Assembly: GCA_963795925.1 (NCBI GenBank) | Contig: CAWCJP010000012.1 | Span: forward strand, 127,761 to 191,760 | Source: Bryobacterales bacterium | GTDB lineage: Bacteria > Acidobacteriota > Terriglobia > Bryobacterales > Bryobacteraceae | DNA length: 64,000 nt | Direction of reading: 5' to 3' | Shown here: positions 59,134 to 64,000 of the stretch, in pieces | How positions within the stretch are numbered: position 1 is the stretch's first letter | Layout of the letters: each line of letters starts with the position of its first letter | Notes under the pieces: model-generated | The model's database searches: none | The model's input: the letters and a program-made list of their open reading frames with translations, nothing else | Told to the model about the DNA's origin: nothing | Program-made: the position numbers and the translations under genes

Positions 59134-60417
59134 ATGAAATTATTGGCTGTTTGTCTATTGGCGGGCTGCATGTTTGCTCAAACTTCTTACGATTTGCTGC
59201 TTAAGGGCGGCCATGTTATCGATGGCAAGAACAAGATTAGCGCCGTGCTGGATGTAGCCATCGCGGACGGCAGGATAGCGGCGGTGGCCGCGGATATTCC
59301 GGTTGCGAAGGCCGCCAAGGTGGTGGACGTCTCGGGGCTGTACGTGACGCCGGGACTGATAGATATGCACGTCCACGTCTATGCGGGAACCGGGCAGCGC
59401 GGGGCCTATTGCGGAGACAACAGCGTCTATCCGGATGGCTTTACTTTCCGCGTGGGCGTGACCACTGTGGCCGATGCCGGAAGCTCGGGGTGGCGCAACT
59501 TCCCGGATTTCAAAGACCGGGTGATCGACCGCGCGAAGACCCGCGTGCTGGCTTTCCTCAACATTGTGGGCCACGGCATGGCGGGCGCTCCCGAGCAGGA
59601 TCTCAATGAGATGGATTCGAAAGCCGCGGCCGAAATGGCGCTGCGCTATAAAGACACGATTGTGGGCATCAAGACCGCGCATTACGCAGGTCCTGAATGG
59701 ACGCCGGTGGAGCGCGCCGTGGACGCGGGCACGCTGGCGAATATCCCGGTCATGGTGGACTTCGGCACGTTCCGCCCGGAGCGTCCGTTTCAGGAACTGG
59801 TGCTGAAGAAGCTGCGGCCGGGGGACATCTACACGCATACCTACCTGAGCTGGGTTCCGATACTGGACGATAGCGGGCACATCCTACCGTATCTTTTCGA
59901 AGCGCGGAAAAGGGGCGTGATCTTCGATGTGGGCCATGGCGGCGGCAGTTTTCTTTTCCGGCAGGCGGCGCCGGCCATGCGGCAGGGTTTCGGACCGGAT
60001 TCGATCTCGACCGATTTGCATATCGGCAGCATGAACGCGGGGATGAAGGACATGCTCAACGTGATGTCAAAGTTTTTGAATCTGGGGATGCCGCTCGATG
60101 AAGTGATTCAACGTTCGACGTGGACGCCGGCGCGAGAAATCAAGCACGAGGAACTCGGCAACCTGTCGGTGGGGGCAGCGGCGGATATCGCGGTGCTGCG
60201 CGTGGAGGAGGGGCAGTTCGGATTCGTGGATACATATGGCGCCCGGATGAACGGGACGCGGAGGCTCGCGTGCGAACTGACGGTTCGGAACGGGAAAGTG
60301 GTGTACGACCTGAATGGGATTACGCGGGAGGATTGGGAGAAGCTCGGCAAATATCTGGCGCAGGGCGATGGTCGGTGGGATGGCACTTTGGCCGGCGAAG
60401 TGAGGCGTAGAAAGTAG
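59134..60417 (+). CDS. amidohydrolase-superfamily metallohydrolase (deacetylase/dihydroorotase-like) with signal peptide
   Basis: 427 aa, intact. YDLLLKGGHVIDGKN...VAIADGRIAAV...VDVSGLYVTPGLIDMHVHVY...GIKTAHY...DVGHGGGSF...GAAADIAVL. Confidence 0.8.
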   Translation: MKLLAVCLLAGCMFAQTSYDLLLKGGHVIDGKNKISAVLDVAIADGRIAAVAADIPVAKAAKVVDVSGLYVTPGLIDMHVHVYAGTGQRGAYCGDNSVYPDGFTFRVGVTTVADAGSSGWRNFPDFKDRVIDRAKTRVLAFLNIVGHGMAGAPEQDLNEMDSKAAAEMALRYKDTIVGIKTAHYAGPEWTPVERAVDAGTLANIPVMVDFGTFRPERPFQELVLKKLRPGDIYTHTYLSWVPILDDSGHILPYLFEARKRGVIFDVGHGGGSFLFRQAAPAMRQGFGPDSISTDLHIGSMNAGMKDMLNVMSKFLNLGMPLDEVIQRSTWTPAREIKHEELGNLSVGAAADIAVLRVEEGQFGFVDTYGARMNGTRRLACELTVRNGKVVYDLNGITREDWEKLGKYLAQGDGRWDGTLAGEVRRRK

Positions 60418-60428
60418 GGAGAAATGGG

Positions 60429-61722
60429 ATGGCGGGTCGATCGGCAATTCTCTTTTGGGCAATGACAGGCGTCTCCGGATTGCTTGCGCAGGCTCCCCCG
60501 CTCACGCTTCAGGACGCACTGGAGCGGGCGCGCAAGGTGGCTCAGCAGTATCAATCGGCGGTGATCACCGCGGAACTGGCGCATGAGGACCGGGTGCAGG
60601 CCAAGGCGGCGCTGCTGCCGACGGTGACCTGGTTTAACCAATATATCTACACGCAGGGCAACAGCACGCCGTCGGGCGTTTTCGTGGCCAACAACGGCGT
60701 ACACGATGTACAACAACCAGGCGATGGTCCACGGCGACATTTACGCGCCGGGCAAGCGCGCCGATTACCAGCGGGCGATCGCGGCGGAGGCGGCGGCGCG
60801 AGCCAGGGCGGAGATTGCGTCGCGGGGCCTGGCGGCGACGGTGGTGCAGGATTATTACGGATTGCTGGCGGCGCAGACGGAAATACACGAACGCCGGAGC
60901 AGAGCCTGGAGGAAGCGCGGCAGTTCGTGGAGATCACGCGCAAACTGGAGAGTCGGCGGCGAGGCGGCGCATTCCGATGCGGTGAAGGCCGAGATACAGC
61001 TGGCGCAGCGGGAGCGCGACGCGCAGGATGCGCAGGTGGGCGTGGAGCGCAGCCGCATCGGATTTGGAGTGCTGTTGTTTACCGACTACACCCAGGAGTT
61101 TTCGGTGGAGGACGATCTGATGACGGCGCCGCCGCTGCCCGCACGGGCGCAAGTGGAGGAAATGGCCGGCCGCAACAATCCGGACATCCGCGCGGCGCAG
61201 GCCACGGTACGGCAGGAGCAGTTCGAGGTGGCGTCGGCGCGGGCGGCTTATCTTCCGGCGTTGTCGTTCGATTATTTTTTTGGGATCGACGCCAATCAGT
61301 ACGCCATTTGGAACCGGGATCACCGAACGCAACCTGGGATCGGTGGCGCAAGGCACGCTGACGATTCCGATGTGGAATTGGGGCGCGACGCGCAGCAAGG
61401 TGCGGCAAGGGCAGTTGCGGCTGCAGCAGGCGCGCATGGATTTGAGCCTGGCGCAGCGGCAACTGCTGGCGAATTTGAATGCGTATTATCTGGAGGCGCA
61501 GGTGGCCAGCGCGCAACTGGAATCGTTGCGGCGGTCGGTGGATCTGTCGGAGGAGAGTTTGCGGTTGACGCTGCTGCGCTACGAGGCGGGAGAGGTGACG
61601 GTGCTGGAAGTGGTGGATGCGCAGAGCACGCTGGCGCAGGCGCGCAATGCATATGACGATGGCCTGGTGCGGATACCGGGTGGCGCTGGCCGGATTTGCA
61701 AACTCTGACCGGGGAGTTTTGA
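60429..61722 (+). pseudogene. TolC-family outer membrane efflux protein; at least five frame breaks
   Basis: LTLQDALERARKVAQQYQSAVITAELAHEDRVQAKAALLPTV; YNNQAMVHGDIYAPGKRADYQRA; EQSLEEARQFVEITRKLES; GGEAAHSDAVKAEIQLAQRERD; GTLTIPMWNWGATRSKVRQGQLRLQQA...LRYEAGEVTVLEVVDAQSTL. The end reads YRVALAGLQTLTGEF* after removing two inserted bases. Confidence 0.75.
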
Positions 61723-61723
61723 G

Positions 61724-62966
61724 ATGAGAAGGACTGCCGGTACGCTGGTCGTGCCCGCGCTGTTGATGGCTATGGCGGCTGCGGCAAGAAGGAGGAAAAA
61801 GAAGCGGAGCCGATCGTTCCCGTGCAGGTGACCGCGGCGCGCAGCGATTCGATCCGGCGGATCGTGGAAGCGGATGGCATTTTGTATCCGCGGAACCAGG
61901 CTTCCGTGGTGCCGAAGATCAGCGCGCCCGTGCGCACTTTTTACGTGAATCGCGGGGATCACGTGCGGGAAGGGCAGTTGCTGGCGCTGCTCGAGAACCG
62001 CGACCTGGCGGCGGGGGCCAAGAAAGCAAGGGCCAATGCGATCAGGCGGAGGCCAATTATCGAAGCACCACGGCGGCCACGATTCCGGAAGAAGTGATGA
62101 AGGCGCAGACCGACGCGCGGGCCGACAAAGAGGCGATGGACGCGGCGCAGAAAGTCTACGAAAGCCGGCAGAAGCTGTACAAAGACGGCGCGCTGGCGCG
62201 CAAGCTGGTGGACGATGCGCAGGTGGCCTATGCGCAGGCGCGCAGCCAGTACGAGGCGGCGCGAGCAGCATCTGGAAGCACTGCAGAGCGTGGGCAAGCA
62301 AGAGCAGATCAAGACGCCGCGGCGCAGGTGGAGACGGCCAAGGCGCATTATCAGGGGGCGGAAGCGCAACTGGCGTACTCGGAGATACGCAGTCCCGATC
62401 AGCGGGGTCATCGCGGAGCGCGGGGTTTATCCGGGAGAGATGGCCAGCGCGGGCGCGCCGCTGCTGACGGTGATGGATGTTTCGAGAGTGGTGGCGCGGG
62501 CGAATATTCCGCAGAGCCAGGCGGGCTACTTGAAGGTGGGCGACGCGGCCACGGTGACAGGCCAGCGGCGAGGACGGAGGGAGCATTGCAGGGCAAGGTG
62601 ACGGTGGTGAGCCCGGCGGTGGATCCGAACAGCACGACCGTACAGGTCTGGGTGGAGACGGCGAATCCCGGCGAACGGCTTAAACCAGGCATTACGGTGC
62701 ATGTTTCGGTGGTGGCGGCGACCATCCGGGATGCCGTGGTGGTTCCGGCGGCGGCGCTGCTGCCCGCCGACGATGGCGGGACGCAAGTGATGGTGGTAGG
62801 GGCGGACGCGGTGGCGCATGCGCGCAAGATCGAGACCGGCGCGCGCGAGACGGGGACAAAGTGCAGGTGGTGAAGGGGCTGAAGCCGGGCGAGCAGGTGG
62901 TGACGGTAGGCGGAATGGGCGTTGGAGGACGGGGCCAAGGTGCGGGTGGAGAAGGAGCGCTCGTGA
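61724..62966 (+). pseudogene. efflux RND transporter periplasmic adaptor (MFP/HlyD_D23-like); at least five frame breaks
   Basis: VPVQVTAARSDSIRRIVEADGILYPRNQASVVPKISAPVRTFYVNRGDHVREGQLLALLENRDL; coiled coil KEAMDAAQKVYESRQKLYKDGALARKLVDDAQVAYAQARSQYE; GKVTVVSPAVDPNSTTVQVWVETANPGERLKPGITV...; VQVVKGLKPGEQVVTVGG. The end reads KVRVEKERS* (TGA at 62964-62966). Confidence 0.75.
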
Positions 62967-64000
62967 ACGGCGGCGAGCACTGGACGGCGCGCCACGCCAA
63001 GCCGATCATCTTCGTCATCGTGACGCTGGTGGCGGTGGGCGATTTATCTGGCGAACAGCATTCCGGTATCGGTGTTTCCGTCGACGGACTTTCCGCGCGT
63101 GGTGATTGGCGTGGACAACGGCGTGGCGCCGATCGACCAGATGCTGGTGACGGTGACGCGGCCGATCGAGGAGGCGGTGAACAGCGTGCAGGGAGTGGAG
63201 CTGGTGCAGTCGATCACCAGCCGCGGGCAGGTGGAGGTGGACCTGTTCTTCTCGTGGAAAGTGGACATGTATCCGCACGCTGGAGCTGGTGAACGCGGCG
63301 CTGGCGCGCGTGCAGGCGACGCTGCCGCCGACGGCCAAGGTGACTGCCAACCGGCTGACGTTCGCGGCGTTCCCGATCATGGGCTACAGCCTGACGTCGG
63401 ACACGCATGCCGCAGACCAAGCTTTGGGAGATGGCGACGTACGACGCTGAAGCCGCGGCTGAACCGGATGAACGGCGTATCGACGGTGGTCATTCAGGGC
63501 GGGCAGGAGCCGGAGTTCGAGGTGCGGCCGGATCCGGCCAAGCTGCTGGAGAGCGGCAGGTGAGCGTCCCGGCGTTGCTGGATGCGATCGGCCGCGAGCA
63601 ACCTGATCGATTCGCCGCGGCTGATCGAGAACCGGCACGAGCTGGTGTTGAGCCTGGTGAGCGGGCAGGCGCGCACGCCGGAACGAGATCGCGAACATCG
63701 TGGTGAAGACCACGCCCGCCGGCGCGCCGATCCGCATCGGCGATCTGGGGACGGTGCTGCCGTCGGTGAAGCCGGTGTATACGATCGTGACGGCGAATCG
63801 AGAAGCCGGCCGTGCTGCTGAACATCTACCGCCAGCCGGACAGCAACACCGTGGCGGTGGCGGACGCGGTGCATGCGGAGATCGATCGGCTGCGCAAGAG
63901 CATGCCGCGCGGGCGCCGTGCTGCAGCCGTTCTACGACCAGTCCGAGATCGTGAACGACTCGATCACGGAGCGTGCGCGACGCGATCCTGATCGGCCTGG
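62963..64000 (+). pseudogene. efflux RND transporter permease (AcrB/CzcA family); 3' end beyond the window; about ten frame breaks in 1 kb
   Basis: The GTG start overlaps the adaptor stop (GTGA). Fragments: HAKPIIFVIVTLVAVG; FPSTDFPRVVIGVDNGVAPIDQMLVTVTRPIEEAVNSVQGVELVQSITSRGQVEVDLFFSW; LKPRLNRMNGVSTVVIQGGQEPEFEVRPDPAKL; IVVKTTPAGAPIRIGDLGTVLPSVKPVYTIVTAN; PAVLLNIYRQPDSNTVAVADAVHAEIDRL. Confidence 0.8.

Overview
This is a 64-kb, high-GC bacterial chromosome segment. Hand-counted lines are mostly about 65-70% GC. The gene inventory looks acidobacterial: an ADOP duplicated permease, a PEP-CTERM protein, a TIGR02999/ECF43-type sigma factor beside a TPR Ser/Thr kinase, CRTAC1/ASPIC-UnbV, and several PQQ-like propellers. 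Left to right the window holds: hemH; MacAB-like efflux genes; the ECF sigma and kinase; rpmI-rplT-(ZapB-like)-zapA; an orphan B12 radical-SAM gene; parDE; a Kelch protein; the ADOP permease; an MFS-LMF-CrtI-like operon; and cytochrome c plus PQQ-like propellers. At the window centre lies an AT-richer islet with a 2-TM ORF and a HEPN/AbiU2-like ORF. Two apparently identical 1,833-bp ISKra4-like insertion sequences follow (32776-34608 and 48271-50103), each with its own 9-bp target duplication. Between and after them lie gdh, mutS and anmK; the canonical rpmH-rnpA-yidD-yidC-jag-mnmE operon; queCE; CRTAC1 plus a multihaem/TPR protein; sugar-metabolism genes; and a TolC-MFP-RND operon that runs off the right edge. 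I recognised no rRNA, tRNA or CRISPR array. By my count the window has roughly 50 or more reading-frame breaks. They are strongly clustered in hemH, DUF1684, Kelch, CRTAC1/multihaem and the RND operon. Most junctions I could reconstruct are 1-nt insertions, so I treat them as probable consensus errors but still annotate the genes as disrupted. The items I rate most interesting are the central HEPN islet, an in-phase A_AAA_AAA -1 frameshift site in the IS, the IS copy lodged just upstream of the rpmH promoter, a small AT-richer two-gene cassette at 2.8-3.4 kb, and an uncharacterised MFS-LMF-oxidoreductase operon. All family assignments come from motif recognition by eye, not from database searches.
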